DNA of 64,000 nt from NCBI RefSeq assembly GCF_963921235.1, contig NC_086109.1, forward strand, positions 6,946,001-7,010,000, read 5' to 3'. The stretch is from Mobula hypostoma (lineage: Eukaryota). The notes beneath the pieces are model-generated. The model was not told where the DNA came from. It did no database searches and worked only from the letters and a program-made list of their open reading frames with translations. Positions within the stretch are counted from its first letter, which is position 1. Each line of letters starts with the position of its first letter. Made by a program: the position numbers and the translations under genes. Below are positions 1-12,436 of the stretch, piece by piece.

Positions 1-164
1 ATAAATACCATTCTAGGCTCTTTAAACTGTTTTGCCTTGCAAATATTCTTGAAAGTCCGGGTATTTTGATGTGCTTCCTTAAAAATCAGAGTTGTAAATT
101 CAAGTTTATTGTCATTCAACCACACACCATTGTTCCTCTGGGGCCAAAGTGCAAAACGCAGTCC

Positions 165-755
165 ATACAGTTACAAGCAGCACATATAGCAACACACAGT
201 ACGTACAGTCAGACACAGCATGCACTGTACATACAGTCTCACACAGCATATACAGTCACACATACAGTACATACAGTCACACACAGCACAGTCACACATA
301 CAGTACATACAGTCACACACAGCATGCACTGTACATACAGTCTCACACAACATATACAGTCACACATACAGTACATACAGTCACACACAGCACAGTCACA
401 CATACAGTACATACAGTCATGCACAGTACATACAGTCACACATACAGTACATACAGTCACACACAGCATATAGCCACACACAGCATATACCGTCACACAC
501 AGCACATACAGTCACACACAGCATATACAGTCACACACACAGCACATACAGTCACACACAACACATATAGTCACACATACAGTACGTACAGTCACACCCT
601 GCACATACAGTCACACACACAGCACATACAGTCACACACACAGTACATACAGTCACACACAGCACATACAGTCACACATACAGTACGTACAGTCACACAC
701 AGCACATACAGTCACACCCAGCACGGTCACACACTGTACATACAGTCACACACAT
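165..755. repeat. Minisatellite, ~19-bp unit ACAGTCACACACAGCACAT
   Basis: Direct reading of the tandem units; explains the H/T/S-rich pseudo-ORFs. Confidence 0.9.
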
Positions 756-1675
756 GGCATAGGCTAAAGATTGACAGGTTGACATAAAGTGCAAGTTTCA
801 TGTCTTTGTAAGACAGTGTATTGTCACTGACACTATCTCATTATGTTCATTGCTGTGCAGCTTCAGAAACCTTGCCATTTTAAGTGCAGCAGAGACGACA
901 GACTTTGCTTTTCCTGTAACGTTTGTTGCCACGAAGGTTTCATCCTACTCAAAAGGTTTCACTGTTTTGAGTCTGCTCTTTCAGATTCGCCCCTGAACCA
1001 GACCACCGTACCTCAAAAGAGTTTCGAATCAAGTTCCTTCTGAATATTAGCACCTTCCAACAGCAAGACTTCCATTCATTTGACAATGTAAACATCCTAA
1101 AGCATTTCATCAGACCATCATCAAACATATATCGACATTGGGCAACATAGCACAGTACACGTCCTTCGACCTATGATATTGCACTGACCTAAGATCAACC
1201 TAACCCTTCCCTCTTTCATAGCCCTCCTTTTCTTATGATCCAGGTGCCTATCTAAGAGTCCCTTAATGCCCTTAACGTTTCTACCACCATTCTTTGCAGC
1301 ATGATCCATTTCTCTTACTTCTGACATTCCTCCCTATACTTTCCTCCAATCACCTTAAAACTATGCTTCCTCTTATTGGCCGTTTTCACCCTGGGAGAAA
1401 GTTTTTGGTTGTCCACTTGATCTGTGCCTCTTATCATCTTCACATCTCTGTTGAATCGCTTCTGATCTCATGACAACTTGCTATGCTTGATCTGTGAGAT
1501 ACATTGGATATGGTGAAATAAAAGAGGAAAGGAAAAGAAGAGATTTGTGACGGTATGCTAGCACAATGTTTTACAGCACCAGCTACAGGACTGTGGCTCA
1601 ACTCTTGCTGCTTTCTGTAAGGAGTTTGTACATTCTCCTCATGACCTCTTGGGTTTCCTCCCACATTCCAAAGAG

Positions 1676-1998
1676 TTAAATTAAAGTAAAGGAATCTGTT
1701 AGTCTTGCGAGACCATGGATCTGCTCCTGGAAAGTCTTCACTCTCCAGGGCGCAGGCCTGGGCAAGGTTGTACGGAAGACCAGGAGTTGCCCATGCTGCA
1801 AGTCTCCCCTCTCCACGACACCGATGTTGTCCAAGGGAAGGGCATTAGGACCCATACAGCTTGGCACCAGTGACGTCGCAGAGCAATGTGTGATTAAGTG
1901 CCTTGCTCAAGGACACAACACGCTGCCTCGGCTGGGGCTCGAACTCATGACCTTCAGGTTGCTAGTCGAATGCCTTAACCACTTGGCCACGTGCCCAC
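1676..1998 (-). mobile_element. tRNA-derived SINE with 9-bp TSD, inserted into a V-SINE
   Basis: Reverse complement begins with a tRNA-like head (TGGCCAAGTGGTTAAGG...AGTTCGAGCC). TSD TCCAAAGAG at 1667-1675 and 1999-2007. Same family as 48863-49160. Confidence 0.8.
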
Positions 1999-2369
1999 TC
2001 CAAAGAGCTAGGGGTAGTAATTTGTGGGCATGCTCTGTTGGTGCTGGTAGAGTAACTGATTTGATTTGTCACAAGTGATGTATTTCACTGTATGTTTTGA
2101 TGTACAAATGACAAATAAAGCTCATCTTTCTTCCTAGAGAATGACCTTTCATTGGGGAACAATGTTTAAAGCTGCAGGGAAGGAGGAAGTGGAGATGGGA
2201 AAGGGAATGTCTGTGACATGATGAACAAGGAGAGTATGGTGGTGGAGATGGTTGATGAAAGTTCATTGATATAGAGTGTTAATTCTCTCCCCACAGATGC
2301 TGCTTGACCTACTGAGTGTTCTTTGCACTGTCTTTACTTCAGATTTCCTGCATTTGAGGTCTATGTTTC

Positions 2370-3064
2370 TTCCTCACCTGTTACTATTGATGGAGAGGAA
2401 ATGGATGAGGTGAGGACCTATAAGTACCTGGGGGTGCACCTGGATGATAGACTTGAATGGAGCGCCAACACAGAAGCTGTGTACAAGAAGGGCCAGAGTC
2501 GCCCCCCAGTTCCTGAGGAGACGGAGGTCCTTTGGAGTATGCAGGCCGCTCCTTCACATGTTCTACCAGTCTGCTGACATGAGTACAACCTTATATTTGG
2601 TGGTGTGCTGGGGCAATGGCATCAACACGGGTGATGCCAACGGGCTCAATAAACAGATTAGAATGGCTGGCTCTGTTATAGCAGTCAAACTGGACACTAT
2701 GGTAGAACAAGGAGTCTGTGGTAGAACAAAGGACCCTACAGAAAATCCTGGCAATTCTGGACAATGTTTCTCACCCTCTGCATGCCACCTTGGCTGAACA
2801 GAGAAGCACTTTTAGTAATAGACTAAGACAACTGTGCTGCTCCAAAGAGCGCTATGTGAAGTCATTCTTACCCTTGGACGTTAGGCTCTATAATGAGTCA
2901 ACCTATAGCCAGGGAAGTAATGACCCCCCCCTCCCCTGTTAGACTGTTTGAGGTAACTTATTTTCATTCTTTCTACTTTTCTAATATTTATATCTGTGCA
3001 CTTGTAAAGCTACTGTGACACTGTAATTTCTTTTGGGATCAATAAAGTTTCTATCTATCTATCT
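2370..3064 (+). mobile_element. Rex1/Babar-like LINE 3' fragment (decayed)
   Basis: Frameshifted pieces TYKYLGVHLDDRLEWSANTEAVYKKGQSR and HPLH...ERYVKSFLP..VRLYN, then AATAAA and a (TATC)n tail. Confidence 0.7.
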
Positions 3065-6000
3065 TGTTGGTTGGAAATTTGGAAAATTTTAAGGAAGGAA
3101 TTTCAATGCTCAGCTCCTTAACGTAAATATAATTGGGAAGGTGCAGAGGTCTCAAGGTGGAGGAAGGTATACATTATATCTGAGATATTTAAATGGTTAG
3201 AGAAAGGGAGGGGTAGTGCCATGGAGTGATTTGAATAAAAGCTAATGTTATAAGAAGTCTTTCAGTTTGATGTCAACAGGCAATGTCTGAACTAATAAAA
3301 CTCATTCACTTTTCATTGTTTCGGCTCTCTTTCCCATCTGCACTTACCTGTCATACAATGTACCCAATGCTCCTGAATCAGACGGTTGACACTTCATGGA
3401 CAACACATGCCTAACGACCAGAAACACTCCAGAGTTCTTGGTGGAGATGTAAACCAAGTTAGAGATGGCGATACAAACAAAATGGTATTTATAATTATCA
3501 GTGCAAAAATAGCGAGGCAGTGTTCATGAGTTGGTTCATTGTCCATTCAGAAATCTGGTAGTGGGGCGGAAAAAGCTGTTCCTAAAACATTGAGTGTATG
3601 TCATCAGGCTCCTGTACCTCCTTCTTGGTGGTAGGAATTCGGTGTATTGTCACTGACATACCAATATATATCATGAAATTCGTTTTATGGCAGCAGTACA
3701 GTGCAAAACATAAAATATACTGTAAGTTACAATATGAAATAGAACAAAAATGTAGTAATTAGGGATTTATGTATTAATTGAGAATAGTGACACAGGCTGG
3801 GAGGTGATCGGTGGATCCAGATGAGGGAGGAGTAAGAGGCAATTGGAGGGGGGAGTTTGGGAATAGTGACACGGGCTGGGAGGTGATGGGTGGATCCAGG
3901 TGAGGGAAGTGATAGACAGATGGAGGAAGAGGAAAATGGGATAGTGACAGAGACTGGGAGGTTGTAGGTGCAGATGTCAAAGGGCTGTAGATAGAGGGTC
4001 CAGACCGGAAAGGAAAGTGGAACATGGAACAAGTGAGGGAGGAGGGCTGAAGGCTCCCTCGATTCTCTTAGGATAGTAGAACATTCCGGGATAGTATGAT
4101 GAAGCTGATCTCAAGCACCCTTGCTGATTATCTACTCTCTCAACCAGCAATTCGCACGGGTGTTGCCCTGAATAGAAGTCTGCTACGTACAAACTGTCTG
4201 CCACGCTCCTTCTTTGCAGAACTTCAAAGTGTTTCAGTGGCTGTAAATTGTCCCAGTGAAGGTGTGAAAGGTATGTTAAGTCTTTCGCTCCTTCATTGTG
4301 TCGAGTCCTCCCAAACACTGGCCAAATTTCACTTCCTCGCCGCCCCTCCCCCTCGACACCTCTCGGGCTGAGGCCGAATCAGCCTCCTTTAACCTCAGCA
4401 TCCTGCTCGATTCTGAGCCGAGTTTCCAGCCTGCGTACTTTCCATTCACTTCCACTTCCCCTTTGTCTCTACCTCAGTGCACCGGCCGCCACTGCAGGGT
4501 GCACATGCGCCCTGCGCTCACTGGCTCCGATTCAGATTCATCCGTTCATCACGGACAAGAAAGCATACAGTGATATGTGCCATTTGCATTAACAACCAGG
4601 GCTAGGGTCAGTGTTAGGGTGAGGGAAGGCTGTGCCGGGGCAGTCGGCCAGTGTCGCCACACTTTCCGGCACCAACATACCATGCCCATGATGCCAGGCA
4701 GGACAACGCAGCACATAAGAAACAACAAAACAAGTCCCTGTCCACCCTACCACCCAGAGACCGACACAAACAGTCCTCCGACCCCAGGACAGGCCTCTGG
4801 GCCTCTAGCGGCCTTGCAGACAATGGGCTTCCAACTTACCCGGTGGAATTCAGTCCCAGGGCTTCAGCCATTGTGCCTCGGTGTCCAGACTTCCCATCGA
4901 CCTTCAGGCTTTGATCTTCATTATCGACCCCAAGACCAGACAATGATGGGATCCGAACTGCAGGCCTCACACTCCAGCTTCTAGAGCCACCAAGGGGAGA
5001 AGCACTGCCCTTGCCTTTAAACACCTTCACGGTTTCTGCCCCTGGCTTTGTGGTATCTTGCAGTCCCAGTGAAGCCATCTCACCTGTTCCCCTTCCATTC
5101 ATCAACTGACGGAGGCACATCTTCAAAGTGCTGACTCTAGACGGGAATACAGACTGATGTTACAATCAGAACAGCCATGATCTTTGTATTTACTTCAACC
5201 CCTCTCCCCTACTCACCTACCCTCCCCCTCACCTGGCTTCACCTATCACCTGCCTGCTTGTACTCCTACCCTCTCCCCATCTTTATATTCTGGCTTAGAA
5301 CATAGAACATAGAAATCTACAGCACATTACAGGCCCTTCGGCCCACTATGTTGTGCCGACCATGTAACCTACTCTAGAAACCGCCTAGAATTTCCCTAGC
5401 GCATAGCTCTCTATTTTTCTAAGCTCCATGTACCTATCTGAGAGTCTCTTAAAAGACCCTATTGTATCCGCTTCCACCACCACCAGCAGTGCATTCCACA
5501 CACCCACCACTCTGTGTGAAAAACTTACCCCTGACATCCTCTCGGTACCTACTTCCAGACGATGCCCCCCTTGTGTTATTCATTTCAGCCTCTGGCTATC
5601 CACAGGATAGCAACAAAAGCAGCTAAACAAGTCCCTTTCCACCCTTTGATCCACCCTGCCACCCACGGCTTCCTATTCTTCCAGTCTCGATGAAGGCTCT
5701 CGGCCCGGTACGTCATACGATACCGTTTATCCCTCTCCATAGAAGCTGCCTAACCCGCTGAGTTCCTCCGGCACTTTCTGCATGGCGCTCATGATCTTTG
5801 CACCATACGACAGCTGCAACAGACTTCACGAAAACAAGAGATTCTGAAGGTGCTGGAAATCCAGAGCGACATATAAATAACCAGTCGATGTTTCAGGCTG
5901 AGAAGTTTCGATCGGGGCTGGCTTCACCCAAGTTCAACAGATTTCACGTTTATAAAGTCAGCGAAAATAAACCTGATTTTGATTCTGACTGTGAGTGACA

Positions 6001-6128
6001 GACCTGATTGTAGAGGAAGGCTGTCCTGGGAGGGAGTAGGGTTGTGGGTCGGGGGGCTTACCTCTCTGGCCTAGATTTTTGGTGCTGGCATCTCCACAAC
6101 CTGGGATCCCCTGCATCGCTTCCACAAG

Positions 6129-6362
6129 TGTTGTGTATTTAATACTTCAGTAATATTGTAAATACGATGCTGATTAAACATTCTTTATTTGTTTGAATAA
6201 CTCATTACAGGTTATATGTAAAACCACATGCATTGTATACGTTATCACGCTACCACGTGTTATGTGCACGCCTCGCTTAAAGACAAACGAAGACTGGCAT
6301 CTCTCAGCCCTCTTGTTTTTCCTTGGAATTAATTTAATATTTTGAAGTTACAAAACATTACA
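6129..6362. mobile_element. Short TG...CA-bounded dispersed repeat (possible solo LTR); related inverted copy at about 52186-52423
   Basis: Starts TGTTGTG and ends TTACAAAACATTACA. A homologous sequence beginning TGTTATGTTTTGTAA occurs at 52186 on the other strand. Confidence 0.4.
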
Positions 6363-8879
6363 AGTGGTTCATCCAGATCTGAGATGAAAGTACTGCACGG
6401 GTAATTTTTGCCCCAACCACCAATTCATCAGCAACACACAGGAAATGCTGGAGGAACTCAGCAGGTCAGGCAGCATCTATGGAAAAGTGTAAACACGTGA
6501 CATTTCAGGCTGAGACCCTTTTTGGAAAGATGCCAGAATAAAAAGGCGGGGGTGGGGAGGTGGGGAGGGAGGCTAGCTGGAAGTTGACGGGTAAAACCGG
6601 GCGGGTGGGAAAGGTCAAGGGCTGGAGAAGAATGGATTAATTCAGTAGCTTTGGTGCTGTCAATGAGAGATGTTTGACTTCAGTGCACGGAGATGAGAAG
6701 ACACCAATTCTCTGACTGTTCCCAGAATCAGAATCAGAATGGTATGAGTCCTGACGAAGGGTCTCAGCCCGAAAACATCGACTGTACCTCTTCCTAGAGA
6801 TGTTGCCTGGCCTGCTGCGTTCATCAGCAACTTTAATGTGTGTTGCTTGAATTTCCAGCACCTGCAGATTTCCTCGTGATGATGTGAGATTCGTTGTTTT
6901 GTGGCAGCAGTACAGTGCAAGACATAAAAGTTAGGATAAATCATGATAGATAGATAGATTCAACTTTATTTGTCCCATGTATAAACATACAGTGAAATGT
7001 TCCACTTGCGTTAATGATGAACACAGTCCGAGGATGCGCTGGGGGCAGCCCGCAAGTGTTGCCACACATTACAGCGGCAACGTTACATGTAGCAAGGTAG
7101 TGAATTGAATTTATGTATAGTATTGTCTTTATTACTTACATCCTTCACATACATGAGGAGTAAAAAAATTTTGACGTTACGTCTCCGTCTAAATGTGCGA
7201 TGTGCAATTTCTAGTAATTTATAATAAATAGTATGTACAACAGGATAGTCAATATAACATGGAAATACAGTTGGGTCAGCATGAATTAATCAGTCTGCTG
7301 GCCTGGTGGAAGAAGCTGTCCCGGAGCCTGTTGGTCCTGGCTTTTACGCTGCGGTACAGTTTGCCGGATGGTAGCAGCTGGAATAGGTTGTGGTTGGGGT
7401 GACTCAGGACCTTTGGGCCCTTTTTACACACCTGCCTATGTAAATGTCCTGAATAGTAGGAAGTTCACATCTACAGATGCGCTGGGCTGTCCGCACCACT
7501 CTCTGCAGCGTCCTGTGATTAAGGGAGGTACAGTTCCCAGACCAGGCACTGATGCAGTCAGTCAGGATGCTCTCAGTTGTGCCCCTGTAGGCCCCTGATG
7601 GGTTCACGGACCGTTTAGAAATCTGATGGCGGAGCAGAAGCGGATGTTCATATAACAAATTCTGCAACTGAATAGACAGTGAACTCACCAGATTCTGCAG
7701 ACGCTGGAAATCCGGAGCAACAGACACGCAAAATGCTGGAGGGACTCAGCAGGGCAGGCAGCATCTATGGAGTGAAATAAATAGGCGACGTTTTGGGCCG
7801 AGATCCTTCGGGGAGGAACCCTGCTGAGTTCCTCCAGCTATGAACCTACTGTGGTTGTAGGAAACACGGGAGACTGCAGGCACTGGAATCAGGAGCGACA
7901 AACAATCTGCTGGAGGAACTCAGGTTGAGCCGCATCTGTTGAGGATGGGTTGGGGTTGGGGTGGGGGGGGGGGGACGATGCAGGATTTTGACCTGGAATG
8001 TTGGCAATTCTTTTCCACCTAAAGATGCTGCTCAACCCACTGAGTTCCTCCTGCAGTTTGCTTGTTGCTGCTGTGGTCATTATCTTGCTGATTTGATTAA
8101 TTCTGCCATCGTTGCTTTGACAATCTTGTTATTTTCTTGGGGAAAAAAAACAGCAGGCCACTCAGACGTGCCCATGCCAGCTCAGAGAGCAACCCTATTC
8201 CCCACTAATTTTTTCCTGCGACCTGTGGGAGGAAACTGGGGCACGCCAAGGAAACCCACATGGTCGCAGGAATGAGCAAACTCCACAGTCAGCACTCGAG
8301 GTGAGGACTGAATCTGGGTCACTGAGGCAGTACCCGTTTCGTCATCACGCTGACAAAACTGCTTAAAGTTGCTTCCAAATTAAAAAAAAGAGTTACACAT
8401 GCAAAAAGCAGATTTCCAGAACCTGCAGCAGGAGCTGTTGTGTGTGAAATGTACACTCCCTGTTTCAAGCACTTGCAATTATACCAAGTCCATTAACATG
8501 GAAAATAGTCACAGGGAGATTCACATGTTTGAGATTAATTGAAGAATATGATATGGGCCAAAGCAGGATCTTTATAAATCCTGACTAAGGGCTCCAAGGT
8601 TCTTCTCAAAGTAATTCCTCTACCTTCAATTGCTCAGTCTGCTCGTCCTTCTGTTGTTTCTCACTACCTCTTCAAAGGTCCACTCCCTTTGTAAAGCACA
8701 TTGTGGCTTTGGCATATTGTCACTCTCTGTTACTCAATTGTTACTATTACCATTATTACTCACTTGCTACAAGGAACATTATTGCTCACTTGTTGCGAGG
8801 AATATTTGTGTTGCTATGTCATTATTACTCAATTGTTGCTCGAACCATTATTATTCAGAATTACTCCTCGCTTACTATA

Positions 8880-9165
8880 ATCGGACCACTCGGCTGACGT
8901 CACCGATAACGTCATCCTTCCTTTTTTTCGACTGCCTCGATCCTATTGGTCGACGTTGCAGTTGTTGCCAATGTTCCCCGGGACCAATGACAGGCGAAGG
9001 AGTCGTCCTCTCGGCCCTTCCCTCGGGCATTGGCCGAGCGCCCTCGCTGTGATTGGGCGATGGCGCCGCCTGTCAAGGTGGGGGTGGAACCACGCTCTGA
9101 TTGGTGGAGGGCTCTCCCCGGCTCTATAAGAGGGCGGCTGCGCGGGTTCTCTGCGTAGAGCCGGA
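8880..9165 (+). promoter_or_regulatory. BTG gene proximal promoter (CpG-rich; CRE, six CCAAT boxes, TATA)
   Basis: Palindromic CRE TGACGTCA 8895-8902 and a variant TAACGTCA 8907-8914. CCAAT/ATTGG at 8945, 8968, 8984, 9029, 9052, 9100. TATAAGA at 9125-9131. Locally CpG-rich. Confidence 0.8.
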
Positions 9166-9277
9166 ATGGAGATCGCAGCCGCAGTTGGTTTTGTTAGCCG
9201 GTTACTCCGTAACACCGGGCTCGTCAGTCCGGCACAGCTCCAGGTCTTCGGCCGCTCGCTGCACGACGCGCTGGCTG
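9166..9277 (+). CDS. BTG2: BTG/Tob family antiproliferative protein, coding exon 1 (BTG2-like)
   Basis: ATG at 9166 in good Kozak context (GGAATGG) reads MEIAAAVGFVSRLLRNTGLVSPAQLQVFGRSLHDALA, matching the BTG1/BTG2 N-terminus (EIAAAVGF.S.LLR). Phase-1 donor G|GTAAG at 9277/9278. In-frame TAA at 9127 excludes an upstream start in this exon. Not in the ORF track because it is short. Confidence 0.9.
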
Positions 9278-10172
9278 GTAAGTTCTCTAGGGGGACAGAG
9301 GAACCGTAGAGGGGAGAACATGAGTGAAGAGTCCGCCGCGCAATCGGCGGGTACGGGCAAAGGGCTGGTAAACCTATAACGAGCACTTCTCATAAACTTT
9401 AACTAGCGCCATTCCTCTGAGCCAGCGATTCGATTGTACCTAACTAAACTTTTAAAACTTGTGTAACTAAGTTGCTATCTCTTTCTAAGAAACCCAAAAT
9501 GCTAGAGGAACTCAACAGGTCAGACAGCATTTATGGAGGGGAATAGACAGTTGACGTTACGGGCCGAGATAACGTCATGTGGGTCTTAACTGAGTAATCT
9601 AAACCATTTTTCACACTCCCCAGTGTTTACTATACGACTCCCTGGTCCGTAGATGCCTAAAGTGACTACATCGCGTCCATGGCACGATAACTCGCTGCGT
9701 TATCTTTGTATTACTCGGCCATTTTTCTTCCCTGTAGGGACAAACGGGTCTGTTCAAGTTTTCTTTGAATTAGTCTGTATTTAAGTTCGTGTAGCGATGA
9801 TTTGAAATCTGGTGCGGATTAAACTCGAGCTATTTTAGAGGAATCTCTTTTAAATTGTGCGTGATTCTGAAGCTGTTTACAAGAGCACTTAAAACCCGAA
9901 TAGAATTCTAACTTGAGCAACAAACGCACAATACCGGAGGAACTCAGCAGGTCAAACAGTCCTTGTCTTTGGTAGAGATCCTTCATCGGGTGGGGATTTA
10001 TTGCATTTTTCACATGCAGTGAAATAAGACGTTTTGTTAACACTTAAGGGTGTCTCAGGGTAAACTTGAAGGACCTAGAATCTGGTTTGATTTTCTTTAG
10101 TTGATCTAAATTGCCTTCAGCTTCTGCTGTTGATTCTTTCGCATTCATTAACTGGTCTACTTTCTCTTTCAG

Positions 10173-10504
10173 AGCACTACAGACATCACTGGTTCCCAGA
10201 CAAGCCGTGCAAAGGCTCCGGTTACCGTTGCATCCGAATAAATCACAAAATGGACCCGTTGATTGGCAAGGCTGCCAGCAGAATAGGACTCAGCAGTCAG
10301 CAGCTCTTCAGACTTCTACCCAGTGAGCTGACCCTCTGGGTCGACCCGTATGAGGTCTCTTACCGCATAGGCGAAGACGGCTCCATATGTGTTCTGTACG
10401 AAGCCACGCCAGGCAACAACCTTGGAATGTTAACCTGTAAGGACGAGTTAAACGTGGGCCATACAAGTCCTCCCAAAAACTGCTGGATGACCGTTTCAAG
10501 CTGA
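10173..10504 (+). CDS. BTG2: BTG/Tob family protein, coding exon 2 (boxes A, B, C); spliced product 147 aa
   Basis: Acceptor tttctctttcAG ends at 10172 and is phase-compatible (G+AG=Glu). Encodes [28 protein letters not shown] (box A), [20 protein letters not shown] (box B), DGSICVLYE (box C, BTG1/2-specific). Short linker GMLTCK and terminal MTVSS favour BTG2 over BTG1. Family call is very secure; paralog call less so. Confidence 0.9.
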
Positions 10505-11275
10505 GAGGCGCTGCTGTAGTTGAACTATTTACACCTTAAGTGGATTTTTTTCTAAATTCAGTGGCTTAAAATCATTGGATCTGATCAACACCACAGAAGT
10601 GGTGTCTGGTATGGCTTAACAGTTATCTGAAAAGGTATTTCCCAAAGGGGTATCAAGTAGCTTCTAATCCAGTTGTGAAATTATTGTTAAAATAGTTTCC
10701 TAACTGGGTTGTCATGGCTACTTTTGAGTGAATATGGTTGGCACCTAATTAAACTTTATTTTGAAAATGCAACGTTGAACGTTGGAAACTTGATAAAGCA
10801 CTGGAAAAAACACTTTAATCCTATGTTAATCTTTTTCACAAATGTGGTGTATTGATCAAAAGTTTAGTTTTCAAATTTGTATATCACTGTTTACAAGTCT
10901 GACTCTAGCAAGTTTTTTGAAACTTTGCTATAAGTGCACACATCAGATTTGTAAAGTTTCATTGGAGTTTTGCCACAAACCTGTGTTTTTAAAAACCAGT
11001 TTTGCATATGTTTAAGGAGACACTGCCTTGGGCGAAACTGTGAATGACTTGCAGGAACTTGTTCAACTGACAAGGTTTTATAATGCTGTTCAAAATGAGC
11101 TTTTGGAAAAAATCCCTTTGGTAATGTATTGAGGGTTTATTCTAGTTCTCTGTACATAAGTTGTCTAAGCTATGTGGAAAAACTTGTACATTTTTAAGTA
11201 TGTACAGCTGTATTGAAGAAATTGTACAGTTTTCTAAAACTTTTAATTAAAGTATACTTTTTGCTTGGAAACATT
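10505..11275 (+). promoter_or_regulatory. Probable BTG 3'UTR with ATTAAA poly(A) signal at 11246-11251
   Basis: Repeat-free AT-rich stretch after the stop codon. Cluster of TGTA motifs at 11150-11230, then ATTAAA and a T-rich downstream element. Confidence 0.55.
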
Positions 11276-12436
11276 CTGGTGCATGAATGGGGTTGAGTAC
11301 AGCAATATTGTTGTGGGAGGCACACAATCTTGGGTTGCCATATTCCTTGGATGATTTGCCACTTAATCATAAACATCTTCACCTGTTGCCTCCAGTTGTC
11401 CTTTAACATTGAAGAATCTTGCACTTCTCTATACATCTGTTCACAGCTTTGTCTAATCATAACAACATGGCCTTGACAATTCCTCCTCTTTGATGGTGGA
11501 ACTATGCTATACATAGTAACATTGACTTGGTGAGTGTCAGGTTCTGGTTAAGTGCAAATTGAATCTTTATGTGTGCTGCCTCAGAAGGAATCAGCCTTCT
11601 GTACCGCTAGTTGTAGTACAAAGGGAATACTGCAGGATATTTTTGTGTAGACCTCCTTAATCCCTTAAAGATTATAGAGAGAAGGCAGGAGAGTGCATTG
11701 AGGATAGTAAATCCATGCTGGGATGGTAGAACAGATGTGATGGGCTGAATGGCCATATTCTGCTCCTGAGTCTCATGAGAGTTGTGCTGTTTATCCCTAA
11801 GGGTTCCTGACCCTTTAATTAAATGATGCAGTTACGAGGGGAGTCTGTGTTCCCCTGCTCTAGGAAGAGCATTTTGTTGCTGTGCTGAAATAATTATGAC
11901 AACATTACATGCCTAGTCTTGAGCTCGGCAAACTCGGCAGCACTAGCTTCTACTCCTTTTCCGTCCTGTTGAAGGGAATTGGCTGGAACTGACACTGGTT
12001 TGTTTCCCTTCATGGATGCTGCCTGACCTGCTGAATTCCTCCTGTATTCTGTGTGTTGGGAGGTGAATGGGCCAGAAGGATTTTTTTGAAACAGCAAAGT
12101 CAGCTTAGGAGGTCAGATATTTGCAATTGTGCCATGAATTGATGGGAAGAAATTGCAGTGAGCAGGCAGACTGGCATTACTGAGTTGTGGGCATGATATA
12201 TTGATATCAGAAGTGTGGTAACACTGTGAGCTGCCCCCAGCACATCCTCAGACTGTTGGTGGTTGATGTCAATAATGCATTATACTGTTCCAATGCATAT
12301 GTGACAAATAAAGCCAATCTTCAACCATCCTGAAAACTAATCGGGTGTCTTCACCTCTGAATCAGGATCACCATCGCTGATGTATGTTGTGAAGCTTGTT
12401 GCTTTGTGGAGGCAGTACAGTGCATACTGTATAAAA

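Noticed and set aside
66..787. His/Thr/Ser-rich ORFs (also 25084-25736 and 61365-61910)
   Set aside because: Translations of CA-rich satellites, open in several frames.
4220..4270. 51-nt plus-strand exon candidate
   Set aside because: Splice-like signals are present, but there is no recognisable peptide or partner exon.
6432..6875. Classical retrozyme (direct tandem hammerhead repeats)
   Set aside because: Neighbouring copies here and elsewhere are inverted, not direct, and this core is altered (GAAAACATC).
9101..9379. 92-aa ORF over the BTG first exon
   Set aside because: Wrong frame; the homologous reading starts at ATG 9166 and is spliced at 9277.
8400..10170. p53 response element as in mammalian BTG2
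   Set aside because: Only imperfect single half-sites were seen by eye; no paired RRRCWWGYYY.
10130..10172. N-terminal part of the 124-aa ORF as the protein start
   Set aside because: Intronic polypyrimidine tract; it begins at a non-ATG codon, and homology starts at the acceptor.
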